From Octopus sinensis (taxonomy: Eukaryota): a stretch of 64,000 nucleotides of DNA. The notes under the pieces are model-generated. The model saw nothing but the letters and a program-made list of their open reading frames with translations, did no database searches and was not told the origin of the DNA. The position numbers and the translations under genes are program-made. Shown piece after piece: positions 25,938-39,738 of the stretch. Where the stretch lies: positions 57,040,001 to 57,104,000 of the forward strand of contig NC_043001.1 in the NCBI RefSeq assembly GCF_006345805.1, written 5' to 3'. Positions within the stretch are counted from its first letter, which is position 1. Each line of letters begins with the position of its first letter.

Positions 25938-26640
25938 TTATGGAGATCTTATTCTGTCATATGCTGTGGTGTGTTGGGTATGTGCGCTAGTGTTCCATTT
26001 CAGTTTCCTATTCAGGTTAGGTTTATCTTCTACTATGTTTGTAGCTTATGTAATTTGTCTAAGCGTTGCATCTATTCTAAGTGTCGAAAAGATTTTAACT
26101 TCTATGTTGCGAAGTGAGCTCCGGCGTGCTGGTACAGAACCGATGAGCTCTTCTCTTCCTTAAGTTCCCGCCAAAGTCATTAACCCACTCTCCTATGCTC
26201 CATGCTGTTTCCCCCACGTACGCCGTTGTCTTGTTACTGCACCGTCCTTCTGTACATCTTATACTATAGACTATATTTCTGGCTTTACAGTTTGTTTGTG
26301 GGCTAAATCTACATACAGCACTGTTCCTATCAGTACAGGGGTTTCTACTAAAACCGTAGGTTCTACCGATTAGGGATTTGATAGGGTTACCTGGCATTTC
26401 ACCAACCTTAATTCTTAGCTTAAGATTGTCTAGGGCCCTTCTAAAGCGGTACGTCAGTTCGCCTCTAGGTGGGGTGTCGACGAACATGACACTCTTGTAT
26501 TTGTGGCCCTCATACCATGAGTTGGTCTTCCCTATTTTCTTCTTAGTCCTTTCAATGGTGTTCCATGACTTGCTCCTATAGAGTCGATAAATCCCATTCC
26601 TATCGTTACGTATGATTATGGAAAGACTAGAACTCATCAA
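25938..26640 (-). mobile_element. Penelope-like element (Neptune-type) C-terminus: RT tail, Cys-rich linker and GIY-YIG endonuclease
   Basis: ORF 26095-26640 GIYRLYRSKSWNTIER..NPCTDRNSAVC..NCKARNIVYSIRCTEGRC..AYVGETAWSIGE (VVY/YVG GIY-YIG motif). It continues after a frameshift as SSVLYQHA..RQIT..KPNLNRKLKW. Confidence 0.88.
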
Positions 26641-27001
26641 AAGTCAAGCTGAAAGGGTGAAACGAACGTTAATGGTGAATATAAAGAACAAAATCTACAA
26701 AGAACTAAGTGAACAAGAAAAACGCAGGCGCATATTATTAAAAGGAATTAGAAGCATCACCGCACGGACAGAGAGAACCACACTTATGGATATAATACAT
26801 GTGAAGAACACACATATCATACACCAGTGCAATAAACATTTTAGAAAGAAATTCTCGTGGTTGAAACGTAAACAACAATACAAACTTGCAAAAACAGAAG
26901 TACCCCGATACAATAAACGGAATTATTATGGCAGCTGTTCCACTATCAGCGGAATTCAAGAAGGACACCGAAACGAACATCTATGGGGTAATAACAACTG
27001 A
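26612..27001 (+). mobile_element. Inverted ORF fragment, probably the N-terminal region of a Penelope-like ORF
   Basis: A basic helical 129-aa ORF (..HQCNKHFRKKFSWLKRKQ..) directly abuts the GIY-YIG fragment in the opposite orientation. Assignment is by resemblance only. Confidence 0.45.
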
Positions 27002-27009
27002 CACAGATG

Positions 27010-27440
27010 AAAAGCCAGTACTTTAACTCCCATCAAAATATGCTGTCTATAATAAGGTAAATACTATCCGATGCATCTCTGAAATTGAAAAGACATTGGT
27101 GGAAACTGCCCCTATTCCTGGACGACCAGATTCCGCCAATGATGACGACACCATCCATAAAATGGAAGCCGCCATTTTGGAGGATCGCAGTATAACTAAC
27201 CCAAGAGGTGAAGATAAGTGTAGCGTCCGTGGTAAAAATCATTCATGGCCATTTTCACATGCGGAAGTTGTTTGTATCATGGATTCTCAGGATGTTCAGA
27301 CATTTTCAGATGCAGGAACGAGTCAATTGCTCTTTGAATCTTTTGGTAATGTCCGCCCCCCAACAAAAAACGAGAAGGAATTTTTCGTCAGACTTATCAC
27401 ATTCGAATGAAACATGTGTCCATCACTTTGATCATCTGCG
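27010..27440 (+). mobile_element. Mariner transposase N-terminal fragment
   Basis: PIPGRP..AILEDRSIT..SVASVVKIIHGHFHMRKLFVSWILR (WVP-motif region) ..NETCVHHFD (degenerate DETWVHHYD). Confidence 0.8.
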
Positions 27441-27449
27441 ATGTTTTCC

Positions 27450-27720
27450 TAAGTTCTGTTAGGTACCCCTCTCCCAGAACGTTCGTCAATATCAACATTT
27501 TTTCAGCCATCTTGGAAATGTGTTAACCACTCGTACACTTGTGTGCAGCACATACACTCTTCTCCATATATTTTCTGCAACTTTGCATAGGCCTCTGAGC
27601 AGGTATCGTCATCATAACTTTCTGCCATGGTCAATAGGACGATCACACGCTACACACCTTCCTTCCAGCACTGCTGTAAACAGCGAAGTGAGCCAGAACG
27701 TTAAAACTTAGTGCACATGC
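27450..27720 (-). mobile_element. Mariner transposase HTH fragment, opposite strand
   Basis: Minus translation EAYAKLQKIYGE..QVYEWLTHFQDG..NVDIDERSGR resembles the mariner N-terminal HTH. Confidence 0.65.
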
Positions 27721-28093
27721 ACATCAGAGTTCCAGGTCAATCCTTGCCTTGTGGTTTTACTCTGCATGCTTTAGCTTCGTTACTATACTTATTGATCAAA
27801 CCTCGTATGTTTGTTCTTATATTGTAATAAAAACGGTTTTACATTATATTGAAGGATTAAGCAAAACTTTAGATAATATACAAATTTATTATCATTTAAC
27901 AAGTCTGGCACTGACGATGACTTCGAAGATTAAGCCATCATTGGACTCCAATTCATTTAAGTTCCATTTGGCTTTATATAGACTTTGTTAAGTTCAAATC
28001 TTCCATAGTACCGGAATCTTTTGATTACAATTAAGCTGTATTATAATATGCAATGAAAAATATTATCATTATATATATATATATATATATATT

Positions 28094-28124
<31 letters not shown>

Positions 28125-28165
28125 CAAACTTTAATTCAATATTACATACATAATAACTATAGCAT

Positions 28166-28214
<49 letters not shown>

Positions 28215-28314
28215 TGTATAAATGGAATTCATTTATAGTATATATAATTGATATATAACATATGATATAATATATATATATCTGTAATTACTACATATAG
28301 ATACATACATACCC

Positions 28315-28366
<52 letters not shown>

Positions 28367-28516
28367 TGTGTAATATGGGGATTTAGTTCACAGGTTATCT
28401 AAACGAATAGGTATGCTAGGTAAGCGTTGTAACAGATTACTAGGGCTCCAAAGCTATGCCCGAGATGGTAGTTATGGAGCCATTGCAGATGTTCGATATA
28501 TCAATTATATATATCT

Positions 28517-28558
28517 ATCAACTGGAACCCTTGTCGTCGTAACAGACGGAGTGCCATT

Positions 28559-28656
<98 letters not shown>

Positions 28657-29274
28657 ATGCATATAGTTATTTATGTATGTATAACCATAGTATTCATTCG
28701 GAAAGAATATGAACAGAAACCGAGTACCATGTGTTTACAAGTTGATTTTGGTGCGTACATAACCATGGGCAGACAGAGGTATTGTCACACTACTTGAATT
28801 TCACGCAGTGGAACATTGAGGAACTGTGAGTTTGAAGTGGCGTCGGACTAATGCACCAGTACTCTGCTGGTAATCATAATTTTAGCTGACTGTGATGGGG
28901 CATAGAATGAAGCCTGGTGCTAAAAAAAAGCAATACATAAGATTGTCCGGGAATTGAACCTAGGGTCTTATGATCTTAAACTCAGCAAATTAACTACTAA
29001 CCCTCGTGTCATCACATATGTTTCTAGCAGACAGGTGCCCAGTACTGAGGAAGGCTAAATCTCTGACACCAGTTCTGGTCTACTGGTCTTGTAACCGCTG
29101 AGTATGAGGGGTTCCCTCCCTTGCTTGCAGTATATAGGACACGAGTATTGTCATTAACCACTTGGAGGAGGTGTCCTGCTGGGGTTGTAAAAACATGGTA
29201 CTCGGTTTCTGTTCATATTCTTTTCCCAACGAATACTATAGTTATGCATACATAAATAAATACACGAATACTTG

Positions 29275-29313
<39 letters not shown>

Positions 29314-29353
29314 TGGCACTCTATCGGTTACGGTGACGAGGGTTCCAGTTGAT
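28517..29353. repeat. Large imperfect inverted repeat of a composite (SINE fragment, (TA)n, unique block)
   Basis: 28517-28556 is the reverse complement of 29314-29353, and 28668-28740 is the reverse complement of 29185-29258. A TA-rich microsatellite separates the two blocks in both arms. Confidence 0.75.
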
Positions 29354-29399
29354 CCGATTAACGGAACAGCCTGCTCGTGAAATTAACCTGCAAGTGGTT

Positions 29400-29640
29400 G
29401 ACCACTCCACATACATTAATTTATGGGAAGGTAAACACACCTACACCTGTTGCCAAGCAGTGGTGAAGATCACACACACACGTGTATATATATACAACAG
29501 TCTTCATTCAATTTGTAGATCCACTGCTAAGTCTTTGGTCGGCTCGAGGCTATAGTAGAAGACACTTCCACAGAATCCAGAACCCTGTGATTGGGAATTA
29601 AACTCTTTACCACCACGGCCACCAGCTTCTCTCTGTCTCT
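29400..29640 (-). mobile_element. tRNA-derived SINE (family of 60087-60235)
   Basis: Minus: ggccgtggtggtaaagag..ctgtggaagtgtcttctactatagcctcgagccgaccaaagac..gtggatctac..gaagact matches the 60087 copy. Confidence 0.7.
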
Positions 29641-29680
29641 CCCCTTTTTTTCTGTATACATACATACATACATACATACA

Positions 29681-29780
<100 letters not shown>

Positions 29781-31239
29781 CATATAACGTGATGGTAAGA
29801 TATACTCATACATACATACAGACATATATATATATATATATACTTACACACACATACATACAAATATCTGCACACATGCATACATACGCATGCATGCGTG
29901 CAGATATTTGTATGTATGTATGTGTGTATTAACGAAAGAAATATCCAATACTTGATTTAGAGTTTAGATAACAAACTTAACTTTACTAATGTAAAATCTT
30001 AGATGCTGAAATGGTTTCTGATTGAGCTTACATGCAAACAATATAGTTGTGTGAGTGCATGTGTGTGTGTGCTTGTATATACCTATATATACATGTGTGC
30101 ATGTGAGCACGTGTGTATGCATGTCCGTCTATGCATTTATAACTCTCTATGCGTTTGAACCTTATTATTGAATGTTCGCATTCCCTGTCCACAATTTCCT
30201 GTAATTGGAGTTTCAATGGAAATGTACGCAAATTCTTCCGCAAAATTAATTTCATAGGCTGGAAGCTGTAATCAAATTTTGAATCACCTCTCCTTAGAAA
30301 GGAAAGGCGATAAGTTCCATTGAAAAGATATATAGTCCGATGGATAACAATTTCAATTTTCAAAGGTCTCGTGAAATAAGACTAGTATAAATAATTTACA
30401 TTGATGTAGATTTTAAAATATCGACGCTATTTGATGTGATATAGTAACTTACTGAAACAAAATACGAAAAATAAGGCACTGATTGACGATTGAGTAAATT
30501 GTTATATAATGGCAACGCCCATATCTTACTGTCTTCGAATCTGGAGAAAAATTTGGCGAAGGACTCCAGGAATCATAGTTTGTTATAGATTACAATTTCT
30601 CGGAATTGTTCAAATGGTTTCTAGTCATGTCTTACGCATCTTTTTGCATATCAGAAAATATATTATGTATAAAGCCTGCCTTTATTTAGACACTATGGTA
30701 TGATTCGATGGACATTATGCTAAGCCACTATTTCTAGCAGGATGAATATCTTAAAAGATATTCCATGGTTTTGATTGCAGTAATATGAGTGAACTCACCA
30801 AGGACTCCCACACGTGCTTCAAATTCTTGAAAGTGGATCGAGTTTAGTAAAGTTACCTGGGGCTCTGAGTGGTGGTGTTAAACTTTAAGGCTGCTTAAGT
30901 GTCTAACTAATCATCAATTTCAGTAAATAATGATCAATATAAAAGGGAACTAAATTATTTGAAAAATGAAAATATTACTTGCACAAAATCAAAAGAAAAT
31001 ATACACCCAAGACGAAATATAGACAATGCTGCTTTCAGGTATATTAATATATGGCATGAAATGATGGTTCCAGCCTGGAAATGAAGGACAGAATGCCATT
31101 TGGAGTGGGACAGATATAACACAAGAAAAAAAAACAAAAAAAAAACAGAAGAAAAAATATTCCGGCAAGAGTATTTCGTAATATTGAATGGGAGGAATGT
31201 GTGGTGGAAAATGTAGAGTTGGAAATTTAGTGAATATAC

Positions 31240-31800
31240 ACAGTATCAGATATTGTGTAGATTGGAGCCAAAATGTCTATTGGCAGCCGTGTATGAGGTT
31301 CTTTCATGCCCGAATGATATGACATGGTGGTTTTGAAATGTTTGGTGATTTCGTTCCGGGGGTTACATATTAGTGAAGTTGTATCTGGCAATATGGAAGG
31401 TATCAAAATCTTGAGTAATCTGTTGCAGTAAATATGTAATATATCATAATCCAATTCCAGCGATGAGAAACGAGACCAATTTTCAGCCTGCTGCTTCCCA
31501 CATGCCAGGCGCAAGAGAGCACTATGAAGATGAGATAAACGTCAAGCAACCTCTAGAAATCTGGTTGCACTAATTATTGGAAGGTATGGATGGATTGTGA
31601 AAGCACTTGCATTTCCAAATTATATTGAAGAAACACAGCAAAGCAACCCCATGGCAAAACGTGACTTGAGAAAGAAATTCGGTTAACCTTGCCATTAGAA
31701 GAAAATATGGAGAGAATACAATAAAAAAGTGGCTTCAGATATCTGAAATATAAGAAAAAGTATCAGAAACATAGGGAAGTGTGGGCAGCAGATGGATGGA
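31240..31800 (+). mobile_element. Possible heavily decayed RLE-LINE C-terminus
   Basis: Scattered motifs only: a possible zinc-knuckle/RH region near 31300-31330 and VALIIGRYGW near 31565-31595. No continuous frame. Confidence 0.25.
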
Positions 31801-32853
31801 TATGCGCTGCATCATGTGAAGGTGCGATAATGTGCGTTTTAGCTTGATCAGCAATGACTTAGCAAGCTGACATTAGATTTGAATGTAATGGAAGATCAAT
31901 GATTGACAATCCACAGAGGGAAATAGATAACTCCTCATTGTGGATGTGACGAAGGCTTGATAGAAAAGACCAAAGCTAAGAGCGAATAAGTTTTCTGCCA
32001 GTTATATATATAAAGAAGAAGTTATCATTGTATGGAGTGTCTGTAGCTTGGTGCGAATAAGCCATTGATCATGAGAGGAAAGAACAAGCTTGCTGTGATG
32101 TGGGCCAAATTTGTTCGCAAAGATTAACTCGGTAGCGTCAATGTTGTTACACAATGCTGTAGGAAATTACCTAAATCGTGAGTATCGCTAGTTTAGAGCA
32201 ACGAAATTGCTGTCATGCAGTGCAATCTACAGTTCCTCCACCCACACATATATCATTCAGTGTGTATACATATCTGTGTGCGTACATATAAATACACTTG
32301 CTTATATATTTTATTCATTTTTACATACACACACACATGCACACTCCCCCCACACACACATCCTCACACACACACGCACGCACACGAACGAGAGACAGGT
32401 TGGGCTGAAGTTTCAGTGTAAAACTTTCATTTGCAGCAGTCATATATTTGTATATGTTATACAGAATAGTGAGCTATGTTCCATACTAGCAATAGAAAAG
32501 TTACTTTAACACAAAAGCTTCATCAGATGATCAGTGTGATATCTATCAGATCCAATATGGCAGATACACTAACTATAAGAAAAATATCAACGTACACGCG
32601 CGCAAACAGTCATTGGTACACACAGGCACATAAAACATGTATATATATATATGTATGCATCTCTGCGCGCACACACACACATACATATGCACATACACAC
32701 ACAAATTCATATACGGATGTATATGCCTATATATATTTATGCATCACTTTACATTATATATTTAAATATATATATATATATATTATATATATACATGTAC
32801 ATACATACATACACACACCACACACACATATATATATATATAATATATATATA

Positions 32854-32891
<38 letters not shown>

Positions 32892-33599
32892 CACACAAGC
32901 ACGTGCATATATATCCATCTTTGTGTGTTTGCGTGAGTGTGTGTTAGTCTGTGTGCATATGTGGCTGTGTGTGAGTATGTATGTGTGTATTTATATATGT
33001 ATATAAAAAATAATTCTGAATTAAATATACGAAAAAAAAATACTATGCAACAAATAATAAAGATTTCCTTCTTTTCTTTTTTCTTTTTCTTCTTTGTGGG
33101 TAGGAATCTTACTTCTTGATTTGTTTTGCTTCCTTTCTCGATGTATAAGTTGTTAAGTTTTAAGTGTTACGGAAAGACATTCCAGTAGGTCGGCCAATCT
33201 AACTAATAAGACAACAACACAAATAAAAAAGAAAAATAAAGGTGGAAGACAGCTGGTAAAACATCGATTTCAATAGGCTGACAGAAGAGAAAGAAGTGTT
33301 TCTAAAAACCAGCAAATAACTCACCTCAGGCATATGGTATTGATCAAAGGTGAGAAGAGCGAGAGAATCAATTATTGGCAAAGTCTTGGAGTATCCAGAA
33401 GAGATAAAGCAAAATCAAAAACCGAAAAATAAAAGAAAGAAGGAAAAAGAAAAAAAAGAAACCAGAAAGCAAAAATAGTGTGCAAAATAAAGCGAAAAAT
33501 AAGGGGGGAAATATAAAATGAAGAGAATTAAACTACAAAAACTACCGAAAACAAAAGCAACATATTAATTCTGGATGTGTAGATTAACAAAGTCGGGTG

Positions 33600-35020
<1,421 letters not shown>

Positions 35021-37969
35021 GATCTAATACCCATACATCAATGCTAATCTCCCAGTCTATTTCTTATAGATGAAGTTGACACTAAGATTTGAAACTATTA
35101 TTCTTGTGTCTGAGGATCAGAAATTTCAGCATCTGGTATTGTGTTGGTAGGCTTTGAATTTAATTCCATTTGATACGTACTATTGATATAAAAACTATTG
35201 ATTAACCCGTAGCATTATATATACATAATACATACATACATACATGTACACATGCATGCATGCATGCATACATACATAGATATTCATACAGGCATGTATT
35301 CACACCGATAGACAGAGAGACACTCTGATACACATGTATACGTACGTGTGTGTATGTGTGTGTGTGTGTGTGTGTGTCTGTCATCCTGTCTGTCTTTGTG
35401 TATATATGTGTGCGTGTTCTTTGGAGATGTATGTGCAGCGCAGCAATAATCAAATCTTTTTAAATCGTATCTTTCTTTTCTGCAAAACAATTCTAAACGT
35501 AAACTTTAGATACTGTAGGTCTTTATGTACAAAAAGATGGAATATGCCGGATGAATGTTTTCTTTATAAATCTAAACAGTTAAAATAGATTTCGAGAAAA
35601 TAAATTTTTGCCCGTAACTTATTCATAGGTTCAGAAGGCTGATTTCATGTAATATGTCGTGTACATATTCCCTTCTGAGACGAGACGCCGGTCTATCACA
35701 TGATTATCCATATCTACCAGGTGAGTAGATTGGGGAGGAACGGGAAATGGAGTCTTTTGCTGAAGAACACAGCACATTGCCTGGTATCCATATAGAAACC
35801 ACAATCTTCCAATCCTGAGAACATCATCCTAATCAAAATCTTCCAATCCTGAGAACAACACCCTAACCACTAAACCACATTCCAGCGACCCTTGACTTAC
35901 AACCAAATATTATCGGATCAATTTTGCAATGGTGCCTGTGGTAATGTTGATCTAAAGTATGCTGCATATCAATTGTTTGCTAAAATTCAGCAGTGAAAGA
36001 GATTCTGCTTTATTTGTCGAGGGTGGGTTTATAAGTTTCTCCTCCTACATTATATCTACGAATATATTACAACTCTTTAAACTCTGTGAATTTCAAACTC
36101 ATGGCACACAGTTGCGTCAGGCATAGCAACTTCAGGACAACGATTTCAGAAAGTTATTTTATAATAATTGGCTTGAAAGTGCCATTCGTAATATTCTGAA
36201 TTACATGATATTGTTAACGCATATATTAAATTCATGGTAATAGTCAGTCACGTTTTTAATGACACTATATTGACAGCGAGGAATTTGATCGATAGACTTC
36301 CCTACCCAATCAGTTGAGCGCCGTGTGTGTTAGAACATAATTCTCATGCCGAATGTTTACTCTTAGTTCACATTTTTCTCATATTTCCTATTCTGACAAT
36401 CTACTGAAGACAAGTTCTGAAAGAAAGCTTTCCTCTCAAATGAATAAGGCACCTTGCAATCTCTGGAGATTTCATAGACTTAGCATATATCTGAGCACTG
36501 ACACAAAATGCATATCATAATTCAAAATGTAGCTTTATAGAGCAGATTCCATTCCAGTCAATAATAAATGTTCTTGTTTTAGGAATTACGAGCGTAAATG
36601 CTCTCATTTACTGTAAAAGTCAGTAGGAATCGCTACCGTTAACAAATGGTAGTTTAGTAGTGAAGTGAGAGACATTGGCTACTTACATTCAGTTTTTCAG
36701 TGTCAACTTCCTTCCGACTCTTAATGTCATTGTCTTTGTCACTTTGCCTTCTTTACAGGAAAGCTCAGAGTGATTTAGATTGTAAATTATTGAACCGCAC
36801 AATAATTCGAGCGACAAATGTTCGCTATCCCGGTCTTGTATCTATCATTGATGAGATACAATATCACACACCCAGGAAGGGAACTTCTATATGTTTGCTC
36901 ATTCTACTATAAACAGCATCCTGCGAACTTCTAATTTCTCTTTATCTTCTTATGGATCAAACACATTAGATGAAATAGCCAGGAGCACATTTGTTGATGA
37001 CTGGAATGATTTTTGTTCATAAGACCGTCTGAATAGGAGAAAAATGTTGGCATAGAAGACGACGTCGATGACGCTGACGATGAAGATGACGGCGACGATG
37101 ATGATGATAATGATGATGGTGATGATGATAATGACAACGATGACGATGACAACTACGACGGCGACGAATACCACGACGTAGAAGAAGAAGAAGAAGAATA
37201 GCAGCAGAAAAACAATAACACCAACATAAACAACGTCAATAACAATAACAGGGGCAAGTACAAATACAACGAAATAATCCCATCTACTTATCCTTATTTA
37301 TCTTCGTTTTTGTAATGTTCTGGTATTCGGTTAATTTGGCAGGCTTTATCTTGGTTTTAGAGACGTGCTTTACCATAGCCATCTTCACTTTATTACTTAT
37401 GTTGAACCAGAGGTTAATCGTGATAAAGCAAACCCATAAGGAAACCCATTTCAGACGTGACCATTCACTTTTTCTGAGGTTATATTATCTAATGAAACCT
37501 ATTTTTCAGAATGTGAAGTATGATTTGAGGGAAATTTGAATGCTATTTCTCACAGGTCAAGCGAAACATGTCCGCGTTGGACATTGCGTTGATGTTGTAG
37601 TTTAGCGAAAGGTAAGCACCGATCTAACAGCACCCTGGTGATATACATTTCATTCAAGATTTCCATTCAAGATCTCCCGGTCTTCTTAAGGGCATTTAAT
37701 AGTACATTATGAACTGTGTTCTCTTTTTTAAGTCCGTCACCAGCTGGTGTTTATTTAGCCTTTGGCGTATAGGTATCCTATTTAGATAAATGAAACCTAG
37801 AACTGATAGCCACCCTAACGAGTCAGAACTGTGGTAGTGTCTGGTTAAATGAGTTTCAAGGCTTGAGGCAAAGCTTAAGTTTCGTTAACCCATTGAGCAG
37901 ATGCCTATATATACTTTAGAGAAATAAAAAATACTGTTCTCGATTTTATGCCGAAAGCAATTGAATCGA

Positions 37970-38190
37970 AACTTCTATCAATATTCTCTTTACTCTTTAC
38001 TCTTTACTTGTTTCATTCATTTGACTGTGACCATGCTGGAGCACCGCCTTTAGTCGAACAAATCGCCCCAGGCCTTATTATTTGTAAGCTTAGTACTTAT
38101 TCGATCGGTTCCTTATGGAGAACGGGGACGTAGCCACACCGGCATCGGTTGTCAAGCGATGTTGGGGGGACAAACACAGACACACAAATG
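37970..38190 (-). mobile_element. SINE 3' portion
   Basis: Plus text tcatttgactgtgaccatgctggagcaccgcc..cttattatttgtaagcttagtacttattc..acaccggcatcggttgtcaagcgatgttggggg is the reverse complement of the tail seen at 60290-60420. Confidence 0.7.
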
Positions 38191-38224
<34 letters not shown>

Positions 38225-38277
38225 CGACGGGCACACACGCATACATGCATACATACATACATACATACATACATACA

Positions 38278-38313
<36 letters not shown>

Positions 38314-38329
38314 CATATATATATATGTA

Positions 38330-38974
38330 TGGTCTATCATTAAAAACGCAGAAACGATGCATCGTCTAAAAGATGAATTAGGGTAAACGTTTTTAATTTT
38401 TCACCTATTTCCGAATTACATTACTTGGAGGTTGGAGTTATGGCTGCTCTGTCTAGTGGAAGAATGGCCTGTTAAGGCCATTCCTAAATTGTTATATATT
38501 TACATTTTAGTCTCATGACTATTTTTCTTTTCCACTGGGCCGCTGGTAGTGATAAATTTCTATCGAATTTTTTACTACCCTAAATTGATTAATTGATTAT
38601 TTTCTGACTAATTCTGAGATTGAATCGGCAGTTTATATTTGCTGCTGATAAGGTTGGCGCGATTGCGCTGGTCTTCGACAATTTTAAGACAGATATTCCA
38701 GAGGCTTCAATGCAGTAGCCTCGTGTATATTTGCCTCTACCAAAGGTTTCTTTACTGACGAAGCGTGACCTATGGTAGATTAGCTTAATTTAATTTAATT
38801 AAGCTGGTCTATCATTAAAAACGCAGAAACGATGCATCGTCTAAAAGATGAATTAGGGTAAACGTTTTTAGTTTTTCACCTATTTCCGAATTACATTACT
38901 TGGCGGTTGGAGTTATGGCTGCTCTGTCTAGTGGACGAATGGCCTGTTAAGGCCATTCCTAAATTGTTATATAT
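38330..38974 (+). mobile_element. Retrozyme-like locus: two 170-bp direct repeats with a 475-nt period, carrying a type I hammerhead
   Basis: 38330-38499 and 38805-38974 differ at 3 positions. Both contain GAAAC-GAUGCAUC-GUC-uaaa. The CUGACGA half lies at 38755-38761. No ORF. Flanked by TA-rich microsatellites. Confidence 0.7.
38751..38845 (+). ncRNA. Type I hammerhead ribozyme, canonical core, extended stem II
   Basis: Stem I uuua(38751-54)/uaaa(38842-45); CUGACGA 38755-61; stem II GCG(38763-65)/CGC(38822-24) on an A-A mismatch, extended by a 19-bp helix 38772-38790/38797-38815; GAAAC 38826-30; palindromic stem III ACGAUGCAUCGU; GUC site, with cleavage predicted after 38841. Confidence 0.75.
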
Positions 38975-38986
38975 ATATATATATAT

Positions 38987-39602
38987 ATTATATAAAAGGG
39001 CTTAGTAAAATAAATTACTTTGCCACATACTGAACTCATTAGAAATAGTAGCTAAAAAAACTTTTTTAAAACTATTTCTAATACTTAAAAAAAATCTCTC
39101 TCATATAGTGTTTGCTCAATTCAACTCACGAAAGTATTGGGGTAAAGACATTAAAAAATCAAATGCAAAGGTTATTTGAGAACGTACGTTTCTAGATTAG
39201 TCAACTCGACATTTCTTTCTCAGCTCAGAACTCCTTGGTTTGGATTTGAAAACACTGAAAGTGGGAGCATACCCTTTCGGCTTCTTATCGCTTCTAAAGA
39301 TCTGCTCGAACTATCAGTGCCAGCAAACTCAAAATATGCAAGCGAAGAATTTCTGCTCTCCCCTTTCCACCAGCGTGGGTTAAAATCAGCAAACACTATG
39401 CTTTTTCGGTAAAATCCGAAGCATTAAATAGAGAGAGATGAATTACCCCCATACTTTCGTGAGTTGAATTGAGCAAACACTATATGAGAGAGATTTTCTT
39501 TAAGTATTAGAAATAGTTTTAAAAAAGATTTTTTTAGCTACTATTTCTAATGAGTTCAGTATGTGGCAAAGTAATTTATTTTACTAAGCCCTTTTATATA
39601 AT
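38987..39602. mobile_element. MITE/foldback element with ~160-bp terminal inverted repeats
   Basis: 38987-39145 is nearly the exact reverse complement of 39443-39602. The ~300-bp spacer is non-coding and the termini lie in TA context. Confidence 0.85.
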
Positions 39603-39699
39603 GTAATAATTTGAATTCGCCTTAAATGGTCCCTTTGCATACTGAATACTTGGTGAAATTGATTAATAATTAATTAATTTTACCCTTAATTGTTGAAAT

Positions 39700-39738
<39 letters not shown>

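Noticed and set aside
27920-27950. CUGACGA-UGACUUCGAAG as a hammerhead
   Set aside because: The GAAAC/NUH half and stem I are missing.
28690-28735. GAAAC-cga-GUA in the inverted-repeat arms as a hammerhead half
   Set aside because: No CUGANGA or matching stem I upstream in either arm.
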